Below, one piece after another: positions 56,319 to 64,000 of a DNA stretch of 64,000 nucleotides; positions within the stretch are counted from its first letter, which is position 1, and each line of letters opens with the position of its first letter. The notes below the pieces were generated by a model, which did not search any database, was not told the DNA's origin, and was given only the letters and a program-made list of their open reading frames with translations. The stretch is from a virus: IMG/VR virus record IMGVR_UViG_3300020401_001763, positions 4,952-68,951 of that record; one strand, written 5' to 3'. Made by a program: the position numbers and the translations under genes.

Positions 56319-57064
56319 TATTGCTTAAACTCCTCGTACATCCAGTCTTCTGAAGGACCGTTAAATATACAAATTAGCATTTCTGGATGATGGTGCAACA
56401 CAACGTTATCAAATGGTATACCTTCAAAATCGTACCTTTTTACTTGATTTTTAAATGCTTTACCTTTATGGAAATCTGTTTCATCAACGCCATTAATTCT
56501 AGAGTATATTAATCTTTTAGGAAAAAAACTTAAAGGCATGTTTTCATGGAATAAAAATCTATCGATTCCTTTGTACTTAGTCATAAAAAAATCTGGATTT
56601 GAATCAAAGTGATTCCAAATGTATCCTAAGGATTTATTCTTCCAAAGCAACACGCTTGAGTTAGCATACATATCCCACTTTTCTTTAAACTTAGGAGAAC
56701 TTCCATCAGTTACTTTATCTCTCTTCCAGTAAGCTCGTATCATAGTAAGATTGTCTCTTAATTGTTCTTTAATAAAATTGTCTAGATTGTTTTGTATAAC
56801 TACATCTAAATCAAAAAAGAGATTAATGTCACCTGTGTCAATGAAATCTTCTTGGAACATACATAACTTATTCCAGTAGCCTTCATAGTAATCTTCTGTA
56901 GTTATTGGAATTACTTTAATCTTTTTGTCTATATCAGAAGAGTCGTCTGTATAACAATAAAAATTAAATGATATAGATATATTAATAGAACACATATAAA
57001 GTAGACGGTTAACCCAGTCTGCAGAATATTTTGTTCCCCACTTGACACATATTATATTAAGCAT
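56309..57064 (-). CDS. glycosyltransferase-like protein
   Basis: IICVKWGTKY, FYCYTDD, WNKL, FFDLDVVI and NSSV motifs; late promoter at 57070-57077 on the minus strand. Confidence 0.7.
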   Translation of the reverse strand: MLNIICVKWGTKYSADWVNRLLYMCSINISISFNFYCYTDDSSDIDKKIKVIPITTEDYYEGYWNKLCMFQEDFIDTGDINLFFDLDVVIQNNLDNFIKEQLRDNLTMIRAYWKRDKVTDGSSPKFKEKWDMYANSSVLLWKNKSLGYIWNHFDSNPDFFMTKYKGIDRFLFHENMPLSFFPKRLIYSRINGVDETDFHKGKAFKNQVKRYDFEGIPFDNVVLHHHPEMLICIFNGPSEDWMYEEFKQYYS

Positions 57065-57076
57065 GGAGTTATTTAT

Positions 57077-57688
57077 ATGAAATTTGGTATAGATCCCGCA
57101 ACAGCAACTGTGATAAAGAGATATCCGCACAGAGCTGAAGACTTAGTTAAATCTTTTAGTGATAGACAAGTTATATGTAAGCACTGGCTAGCAGAAGAAC
57201 TTGACAAAATTATAAAGCGTGGAATAAAAAAAGACAGACCTGATAAGAGAATATACGTAGCCGGCTGTTGGTATGGAAATGTATTAGTACCTTTAATAAC
57301 TGACATGTTTCCTGATTGTGACATTAGAATGCATGATATAAATGAGCAAGTGATAAAAATAGTTAAAAATATTTACTTTCCAGATTTAGACCAGTTGAAG
57401 GCTTCTGTGCTTGATAGCCAACACTTTAGTTACAATGACACTTTAATTAATACATCTTGTGAACATATGAAACCATTAAAGTGTACTTCTGGAACTTTAA
57501 TGATATTACAAAGTAATGATTACACTCATGACAAAGATGGAACAGCAATAAACGATCATATCAATTGTGTCAAAGACGTTGACGAATTAATAGCACAATA
57601 TAAAATGCGAGAGGATAAAATCTTTTATAAAGGCGAAAAAGATTTTGTAACTTATAAAAGATTTATGGCAATAGGATTAAGAAAATGA
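57077..57688 (+). CDS. SAM-dependent methyltransferase-like protein
   Basis: K.WL..EL, AGCWYG, INTSCEHM, LQSN and RFMAIG motifs. Confidence 0.6.
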   Translation: MKFGIDPATATVIKRYPHRAEDLVKSFSDRQVICKHWLAEELDKIIKRGIKKDRPDKRIYVAGCWYGNVLVPLITDMFPDCDIRMHDINEQVIKIVKNIYFPDLDQLKASVLDSQHFSYNDTLINTSCEHMKPLKCTSGTLMILQSNDYTHDKDGTAINDHINCVKDVDELIAQYKMREDKIFYKGEKDFVTYKRFMAIGLRK

Positions 57689-58344
57689 TAGAAAAGTGGA
57701 AAGAATGGTGTAATGAAAAATTATCTTACGAAGGTAAAGCTAGAAAAATAGGATTATTAGTATCTGGCGGAGCAGATTCAGCCATGGCTTTATACGTGTT
57801 ATCAAAACACATACTGGATTGCGATAAAGACAAAATATTCAGTAAGTCAATTATAGTACCTATGCATGGATGGGATCAAAGAAGAATTAATGTATATTCT
57901 CCTGACTCAGCAAAAGATGTAATTAAAGTAGTAAAAAAACTGATACCAGAAGCTCCTATAAAAAACTTACAGATCTGTGGTTATTATAAAGAAAAAGGAG
58001 AAGAAAAAGCTAAGTATCATAATCCATTTGCTTACATGTTAGTAAAAGAAAATATAATCGATGTTTATTATTCTGGAAGTACAAAACAACCAGAAGAACA
58101 CGTAATGAAAAAACTAAAAATGGAAGATTTGAAAAGAACCGAAGACCTACAACGTAAAAAAGGCCCTATGGGTTCTTACACTAAGAGAGAACTAGCGTTG
58201 CTTTACAAAGATTATGGACTTATGGAAGATTTATTTCCAGTAACAGTATCTTGTATAGGTGACGCACCACAACCTTGCAAAAATTGTTGGTGGTGCTTAG
58301 AAAAATATGATGCGTTTGGAATGTATGATGGTGGTGTCAAATGA
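57685..58344 (+). CDS. QueC-like PP-loop ATPase
   Basis: LLVSGGADSA PP-loop; T.SC......C..CWWC.EK Zn cluster. Confidence 0.65.
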   Translation: MIEKWKEWCNEKLSYEGKARKIGLLVSGGADSAMALYVLSKHILDCDKDKIFSKSIIVPMHGWDQRRINVYSPDSAKDVIKVVKKLIPEAPIKNLQICGYYKEKGEEKAKYHNPFAYMLVKENIIDVYYSGSTKQPEEHVMKKLKMEDLKRTEDLQRKKGPMGSYTKRELALLYKDYGLMEDLFPVTVSCIGDAPQPCKNCWWCLEKYDAFGMYDGGVK

Positions 58345-59087
58345 TCCACATATTAACTTTGAAAGTTGGTGATAAGTATAGTTCTCAATATATTAACAAT
58401 CTTTATAGAGGTATTAAGAAAAATACTACGGTAGAGTTTAAAATGTATTGTTATACAGAAGATCCAAAAGACATAGTTGATGACGTAGAAATTATTGAAT
58501 TGGCTAATCCAAATTTACTAAAGTTGCAATGGCATAAAATACAATTTCATTCTAAAAATTTTGCTGGAATTAAAAATGGAGAAAGATGTTTGATACTTGA
58601 CATCGATTGGATCATTACTGGTAATTTAGATGATATACTGAGTTTTGATATTAAATCTGGTCATTTTGGTTGTTTTGAAAGATGGTGGTCAAACCGACTC
58701 GAATGGTGTAGTATAAACGGTGGTTTTCAAATGTACAGAATGGGAGATACAGAGTATCTTCATAGAATATTTTTTGCTGATGCTGAATACTGGCAAGAGA
58801 GATTTATTAAGTTAGGAGAAGCTGAACCACCGGTTAATGGAGAACAAAATTTTGTAGATCTAATAATTGGACCAGAAAGATATTGGTTTCCAAAACAATG
58901 GTTTGCCAAGTATCATGAGCCAGAAATGAAAAAGATCGAAAAAAATTGGATAAAAAGAGTAAGTCCTAATCCATTGTTAATAGATGGTGAGTGGGATGAC
59001 GATATTAAGATGATTCATTTTTCAAATGCAAAAAACATTATAGAAAATTCTAACGAGTCTTGGATTAAAGAGTTCTGGTCAGGTTAA
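58341..59087 (+). CDS. glycosyltransferase-like protein (paralog of 56309-57064)
   Basis: LKVGDKY, CYTED, WHKI, LDID, NGG, GEQNF and IHF motifs. Confidence 0.7.
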   Translation: MIHILTLKVGDKYSSQYINNLYRGIKKNTTVEFKMYCYTEDPKDIVDDVEIIELANPNLLKLQWHKIQFHSKNFAGIKNGERCLILDIDWIITGNLDDILSFDIKSGHFGCFERWWSNRLEWCSINGGFQMYRMGDTEYLHRIFFADAEYWQERFIKLGEAEPPVNGEQNFVDLIIGPERYWFPKQWFAKYHEPEMKKIEKNWIKRVSPNPLLIDGEWDDDIKMIHFSNAKNIIENSNESWIKEFWSG

Positions 59088-59805
59088 AGTCATGTTCTGC
59101 ATGATACCACTTTTCTGGTCTCCATCTAATGTTTTGACTATCTTGTTCTGTACTTACCCATTTAGGACTTGGTGGAAGAATGTGCGGTGCATTCTTATAA
59201 TCTCCGTATCTAGATGACTTAAGTAATCTAAAACATATATTGTTATCTAAAGCCATTTTTTTAGCTTTTTCTATCTCATGTTCATTATGTTTAAAAACTA
59301 TGAATTGCCACTCTACCATCATGTTTCTTCTTCCAGCTTCTACCATTGCGTTAAAAGACTGTTCAAAACTTCCATTAACTCTGTATATTTCATGTGTTTG
59401 TTGGCTTGCTCCGTCGACTCCAAATACCCAATTAGTAAATAATCTTTGAGTTAAATCAAAAGCTTTATTCCACCAATCCATTGATTTGCCACTTCCATTA
59501 GTAGCTATTGTTACTACATGATTAGGGCATTGTTGTTTTCTTATTTCAAGTAATCTTAAAAAATTTTTATGATATATCGGATCACTAAGCTGACCACAAA
59601 AATTTAATCGCTTAAAAAATTTTATTATCTTATTATAAGCTTCATAAGATAGATCTTGAGAACTTTTTACTTTTGACTTAGCATTACCTCGCTGTCTCAT
59701 ACAAAAAGGACACTGTAGTTTACATCTAAGTGTAGTATCAATGTTGACATTAGCAGAAGTTCTTTGAGCTGTAATATAGTCACTGTAAAATTTATCGAAA
59801 TTCAT
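59065..59805 (-). CDS. radical SAM protein
   Basis: CKLQCPFC (CxxxCxxC), CGQLSDP, ATNGS, YRVNG and WQFIVFKHNEHEI motifs. Confidence 0.85.
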   Translation of the reverse strand: MNFDKFYSDYITAQRTSANVNIDTTLRCKLQCPFCMRQRGNAKSKVKSSQDLSYEAYNKIIKFFKRLNFCGQLSDPIYHKNFLRLLEIRKQQCPNHVVTIATNGSGKSMDWWNKAFDLTQRLFTNWVFGVDGASQQTHEIYRVNGSFEQSFNAMVEAGRRNMMVEWQFIVFKHNEHEIEKAKKMALDNNICFRLLKSSRYGDYKNAPHILPPSPKWVSTEQDSQNIRWRPEKWYHAEHDFNLTRTL

Positions 59806-60136
59806 TGCCAGCTCCTTCAGGTAATGCTTTCGAACATTTTGTCTTACATCTTTCTGGAGCGTCGTATGGAGCTTCTAACAGAACTCTGTGAAAATGTTTC
59901 CACTCTTCTGAATTTACTATATCGTCTATAGTATCATTATTTTCAATTTTTAAATGTTCTCTTCTCATGTAAGTTATGCCATTTATTTCATTATCTCTAT
60001 CAGTCATGTCTAGCCAACAACACGGAAGTAAAAAATCATCAGCAGAAACTGCTAGTCCTTTAACACTATTGTTTTTTATAGTATCACCATCTTCATTTTT
60101 CCAATAAGGATGGCACCTTGGGTATAACTTTTTCAT
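59792..60136 (-). CDS. stand-alone SPASM/twitch-like Fe-S domain protein
   Basis: LLPCCW, IDDIVNS and CKTKC motifs; immediately upstream of the radical SAM gene. Confidence 0.6.
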   Translation of the reverse strand: MKKLYPRCHPYWKNEDGDTIKNNSVKGLAVSADDFLLPCCWLDMTDRDNEINGITYMRREHLKIENNDTIDDIVNSEEWKHFHRVLLEAPYDAPERCKTKCSKALPEGAGNEFR

Positions 60137-60145
60137 GATACTATA

Positions 60146-60197
60146 TATAAATAGCTTATAAATAGTATTACGATAAGAGTTTAAGATCGTATAAATA
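60146..60197 (+). promoter_or_regulatory. three tandem late promoters TATAAATAG
   Basis: Exact copies at 60146, 60157 and 60190. Confidence 0.75.
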
Positions 60198-60225
60198 GAT
60201 TAAAGAATCGTATGGAATTTGTTTA

Positions 60226-60576
60226 ATGGCACAGTTCGAAGAAATCACTATAGATCAAGGGGCGGATGCGACTATCCAACTCGAATTAATTAACCAAGAT
60301 GGATCGGCTAAAAATTTAGTTAACCACGCAATAGCAGCTAAATTAAAAAAAAATTATAGTGATAGTAGCGGAGAAGCCACTGCTTTCACTACCGCAGTAA
60401 CCGATGCTTCTTCTGGGCTGGCAAGTTTATCGTTAACAAATACTCAAACTGATTCTTTGAAAGCAGGTAGATACGTCTACGATGTCGAACTATCTTTTGT
60501 AGACAGCGGAGGTGCTACCATTATTGAAAGAGTTTTAGAGGGTAGAATTACAGTAACCCCATCAGTAACGAGGTAG
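60226..60576 (+). CDS. conserved T4-like virion protein (Ig/BppU-like)
   Basis: IDQGAD, LSLT..QT..LKAGRYVYDV and RVLEG.ITVTPSVT motifs. Confidence 0.7.
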   Translation: MAQFEEITIDQGADATIQLELINQDGSAKNLVNHAIAAKLKKNYSDSSGEATAFTTAVTDASSGLASLSLTNTQTDSLKAGRYVYDVELSFVDSGGATIIERVLEGRITVTPSVTR

Positions 60577-60578
60577 AG

Positions 60579-60833
60579 ATGGTAAAGGTTGGAGTTAGCG
60601 GCGTAACTGTTAAAAGTGTAAAGGCGGCCGGAGTAAGAACGGTAGTCAAAAGAGTTACGGTTGGTAAACCATTAAAGAATGTCTCATCCGGTGCTTTCAA
60701 CATAGATAATCTAGGTGGAGTAAACACAACAACAAAAACAGATGGAGCCGCATTGATATTTAATACCACAACTGGTGATTTTGAAGCTACCACACAATTA
60801 GAAAAACAAACGGTTAATGGAGGCCACTTCTAA
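60579..60833 (+). CDS. small structural protein
   Basis: DGA.L.FN...G.F motif, ends in NGG.F. Confidence 0.55.
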   Translation: MVKVGVSGVTVKSVKAAGVRTVVKRVTVGKPLKNVSSGAFNIDNLGGVNTTTKTDGAALIFNTTTGDFEATTQLEKQTVNGGHF

Positions 60834-62329
60834 TGGCATCAACAATAAGAATTAAAAGATCGGGTAGTAGCGGATCACCTTCCAGTCTAAGACAAGGTGA
60901 ACTCGCGTATTCGTATTCTAGTGGAACCGGCGGTAATAGACTATACATTGGTACTGGAACTGAAGATTCTACTGGAGCGGCAGCCTCGATAGATCAAATT
61001 GGCGGTAAATATTTTACCGACTTACTTGATCATACCCCAGGGACACTAACTGCATCGAGTGGTATTATCACGGATGCATCTAGTAAAATTGATAATCTTA
61101 AAGTCGACAATCTCGACCTTAATGGAAACACACTAAGTACTACGAATACTAATGGCGACCTCATACTCGATCCTAACGGAGCTGGTAAAGTTGATGTCAA
61201 CACCTCCATTATTTCAAACGTCACAGATCCTGCAAGTGCTCAAGACGCCGCCACTAAAAATTACGTAGATACTAACTTAAATAACAAGACATTAGATCTC
61301 GCATCAGATTCTGGTACAACACATTCTCTTAGTCTTTTAAACTCTGACCTGACTCTTACAGGTGGAGCTGGAATAGACACATTTGTCAATAGACATGCTA
61401 TAAGAATTAATATAACAGAAACTGGAGTAACAGCTGGAAGTTATGGTTCAGCCACTCAGATCCCAACATTTACAGTCAATGGTAGAGGTCAACTTACAGC
61501 AGCTGGTGTAGCGAACGTAGCCACACAGTTAGCTATCACTGGCGATGCCGGTGGAGTAGATTCAGTTGACTTACTGACAGATACACTTACGTTCCAAGGT
61601 GGTACTAATATAAACACCGTTATCGCCGATAACAGAGTAGTAACACACTTAGACTCAAACGTAACTGGATTATCTTCTTTAACAGTCGATAACTTAAAGT
61701 TAGATGGTAACACATTAAGTACCACTGACAGTTCTGGATTCTTATATATTAATCCATTTCCTGTTGGAGACTCCGGTGAAGTTGTAATCCTTGGTAACTT
61801 AAAAGTTGAAGGTACAACAACCACAGTTAATTCAACAACCGTTTCAATAAACGATAAGAACTTAGTACTAGCTGATTCAGCAGCAGACTCCGCTGAAGCT
61901 AATGACGCTGGTATTACGATAAATGGTCCACCAATAAAGCCGACTATCTTATATAAGTCGACAACAGATACTTGGGAACTTAGCAAGAAATTTACTACAC
62001 CATCTGCATCAGTTCCTAACCTTATCGATAATTATAACACAGACCATCTAGGTGAAGGTTCTACAAATCTATACTTTACTAATGAAAGAGTAGACGATCG
62101 ATTAAACAACCTCTTACTAGCAGGTGAAGGAATCGATCTTACATATGATGATGCTGGAAACAGTCTAACAATTGCTGGAGAACTTGCTTCATTAACTAAC
62201 CCAGGTGTTGCTTCATTTGGTGGTTACGCTGATGGAGATTCTGCTGGTGCAACTGGAACTTTAAGACAGTTCCAAGTTTCAGCTGCTGGTAACGTTTGGA
62301 TTGCGGCCATTGACGGAGGCACATACTAA
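60833..62329 (+). CDS. tail-fibre-like structural protein
   Basis: IRIKRS..LRQGELAY, IGG.YFT, DAATKNYVD, GNL.V.GTTTTVNST and EG.TNLYFT motifs; ends IDGGTY. Confidence 0.75.
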   Translation: MASTIRIKRSGSSGSPSSLRQGELAYSYSSGTGGNRLYIGTGTEDSTGAAASIDQIGGKYFTDLLDHTPGTLTASSGIITDASSKIDNLKVDNLDLNGNTLSTTNTNGDLILDPNGAGKVDVNTSIISNVTDPASAQDAATKNYVDTNLNNKTLDLASDSGTTHSLSLLNSDLTLTGGAGIDTFVNRHAIRINITETGVTAGSYGSATQIPTFTVNGRGQLTAAGVANVATQLAITGDAGGVDSVDLLTDTLTFQGGTNINTVIADNRVVTHLDSNVTGLSSLTVDNLKLDGNTLSTTDSSGFLYINPFPVGDSGEVVILGNLKVEGTTTTVNSTTVSINDKNLVLADSAADSAEANDAGITINGPPIKPTILYKSTTDTWELSKKFTTPSASVPNLIDNYNTDHLGEGSTNLYFTNERVDDRLNNLLLAGEGIDLTYDDAGNSLTIAGELASLTNPGVASFGGYADGDSAGATGTLRQFQVSAAGNVWIAAIDGGTY

Positions 62330-62334
62330 TATTT

Positions 62335-62370
62335 GATGCCTGAGTTATTACTCGTATGGCGTCCTTTTTT
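62335..62370 (+). terminator. putative intrinsic terminator
   Basis: GATGCC...GGCGTC stem with inner GAG/CTC pairs, followed by CTTTTTT. Confidence 0.45.
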
Positions 62371-62381
62371 AAGGGTTGACG

Positions 62382-64000
62382 ATGACGTCTATTAAACTAA
62401 AGAAGTCTTCCGTTGCTGGGAAGATTCCTACCGATTCAGATCTCGCGCACGGCGAACTTGCCATCAACTTCCAAGATGGTAAGCTTTTCTACAAAGATGC
62501 TTCAAATAATGTCAAAGCGTTTATAGATTCAGCTGCGGTTGGCTCTTTAATTACCGCTGGGCAAGGGCTAGACTCTGATGGAGTTAAGTCTGTTCACTTT
62601 GGTGATAACGAAAAACTTACGTTCGGTAATGATAGTGATTTTAAAATATTTCACGATGGTACTAGAACCATACTACATGATGAAGGCACTGGTGAAATTC
62701 AGGTTCGCACAAGTCAGTTCAGAATTAGAAACCCCGGCAACACTGAAACACTTGCTAAATTTGTACAAGATGGAGCGGTAGAACTATTTCATGGAATGAG
62801 CGGTTCAGCTGCCGAAAAGAAATTTGAAACAACATCTAAAGGAATAGACGTAACTGGTAGGGTTTCAATACCAGATGGTAGTCAAACTCAAAATAATCTT
62901 GTACTTGGAAATGATAGTGACTTTTTTATATATCATTCTGGACAAACAGTTATTGCAAATAAAAATGGTTCAGGTCCTATAAAAATACAAGGTAAATTTG
63001 GTGAGCAAAGTATTGTAGCAAATCAAGATGGTGCAGTTGAACTTTATGAAGATGGTAGTAAAAAGTTTGAAACCACTGATTCCGGCGTAAACATAACTGG
63101 CAACTTAAGAATTAACAACGCTCCAGCAGACTTTGGACTTGACTCGACAAACGTAATTAATATAATAGATTCTGACTACGTGCTTAACAGATCTGGAATA
63201 TCTATACCAGTATTAAGCGAAGATTCAAGCTTAGCGTTTAATCAAAGACTATCTTTTCAAGCTCAAACTACATCTGGAGTTCTAGAAGTACAGCCAAGGA
63301 TGTCTGTGCTGGATTCTGCTGGTACAGAAACTTTAGTTAACGTTAATTTTGTTGGAGGTGGAGGAACAGATTCTGCCGCAGTAATTGCTCTTATAGATTC
63401 CGCGTACGTACAAGCAAGAGAAACACCATTTCCTGATTCTGCAACATTTAATCAAATCAATATACCAGATGGTGGATTAACAGGTAATAGAATAAATGTT
63501 GGTACTCATGATGACTTAAAAATATATCATAGTGGAACTCATAGTTTTATAAGAGAGGTTGGTACTGGTCATCTTTATATAACAACTAATGGTGACTTTA
63601 TACATTTAGGCAATGGTGGAGCGCTACAATCTGGAAAATTTTCACCGGCTGGCGCAGCAGAACTTTTTTATAATGGTGCCAGAAAATTTCAAACTACAGA
63701 CTCTGGTGCAACAGTAACTGGTTCTATTACTGCTGACTCTGCAGTACTTCCAACGATATTCTTAGACTCTGACGGATATGCCGATAGACCACATATCAGT
63801 AGAACTGGCGGATCTGGTTATACTAAAAATATTCCTCAAATTACCACTACCGCTGGTACTTTAGGAATTGGTCCAGCTAATAGTGCATTCTCACATTTTA
63901 TTACTGACAGAGCTAAATATTACTTTAATAAGAGAATAAATGTAGATGAAGGTATCATAACATCGTATGACGAAGATCTTCAACTACAGAGAGTAAATGT
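62382..64000 (+). CDS. tail fibre protein, 3'-partial; not in ORF track
   Basis: Manual translation MTSIKLKKSSVAGKIPTDSDLAHGELAINFQDGKLFYKD...; repeated G.D.D..I.H and GAVELY..G.KKFETT..G modules; no stop seen. Confidence 0.8.
   Translation, partial: MTSIKLKKSSVAGKIPTDSDLAHGELAINFQDGKLFYKDASNNVKAFIDSAAVGSLITAGQGLDSDGVKSVHFGDNEKLTFGNDSDFKIFHDGTRTILHDEGTGEIQVRTSQFRIRNPGNTETLAKFVQDGAVELFHGMSGSAAEKKFETTSKGIDVTGRVSIPDGSQTQNNLVLGNDSDFFIYHSGQTVIANKNGSGPIKIQGKFGEQSIVANQDGAVELYEDGSKKFETTDSGVNITGNLRINNAPADFGLDSTNVINIIDSDYVLNRSGISIPVLSEDSSLAFNQRLSFQAQTTSGVLEVQPRMSVLDSAGTETLVNVNFVGGGGTDSAAVIALIDSAYVQARETPFPDSATFNQINIPDGGLTGNRINVGTHDDLKIYHSGTHSFIREVGTGHLYITTNGDFIHLGNGGALQSGKFSPAGAAELFYNGARKFQTTDSGATVTGSITADSAVLPTIFLDSDGYADRPHISRTGGSGYTKNIPQITTTAGTLGIGPANSAFSHFITDRAKYYFNKRINVDEGIITSYDEDLQLQRVN

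Noticed and set aside
57685-58344. 7-deazaguanine DNA modification pathway
   Set aside because: No folE, queD, queE or dpdA recognisable in this window; it cannot be excluded for the rest of the genome.
62578-62781. 67 aa ORF in the track
   Set aside because: Out-of-frame ORF inside the long tail-fibre gene that starts at 62382.

Overview
AT-rich 64 kb segment of a large T4-like (Tevenvirinae/Kyanoviridae-type) myovirus genome, probably aquatic, with a Gram-negative host. No photosynthesis genes are present in this window. In order: Lys-rich putative internal head proteins (1-6 kb); a spanin pair; a thermonuclease; a B12-dependent class II ribonucleotide reductase; RNase H, DenV-like glycosylase, PhoH and an exonuclease; a glycan-biosynthesis operon containing a RuBisCO-like (form IV) protein (16.5-23.5 kb); early genes behind sigma70-type promoters that share a TCAC-N6-GTGA box; a candidate pseudoknotted ncRNA; tRNA-Arg(TCT); gp33 and gp32; the tail/baseplate module (gp29-like, gp51, gp26, gp54, gp2, gp4, gp48, gp53, hub, split gp5, gp25, gp6, gp7, gp9, gp8, VrlC-like); a second modification island (glycosyltransferases, 2OG oxygenase, methyltransferase, QueC-like, radical SAM/SPASM); and tail-fibre genes running off the end. 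Top observations: (1) Asp-Ser dipeptides are strongly enriched only in peripheral virion proteins and co-occur with two glycosyltransferase islands, suggesting a sequon-directed virion glycosylation system; (2) a phage RuBisCO-like enzyme sits inside a sugar-nucleotide operon; (3) a U UUU UUA -1 frameshift could fuse gp26 to gp51 just upstream of the tape measure gene; (4) a pseudoknotted RNA sits behind an early promoter. All assignments come from motif recognition by eye; no database searches were run.
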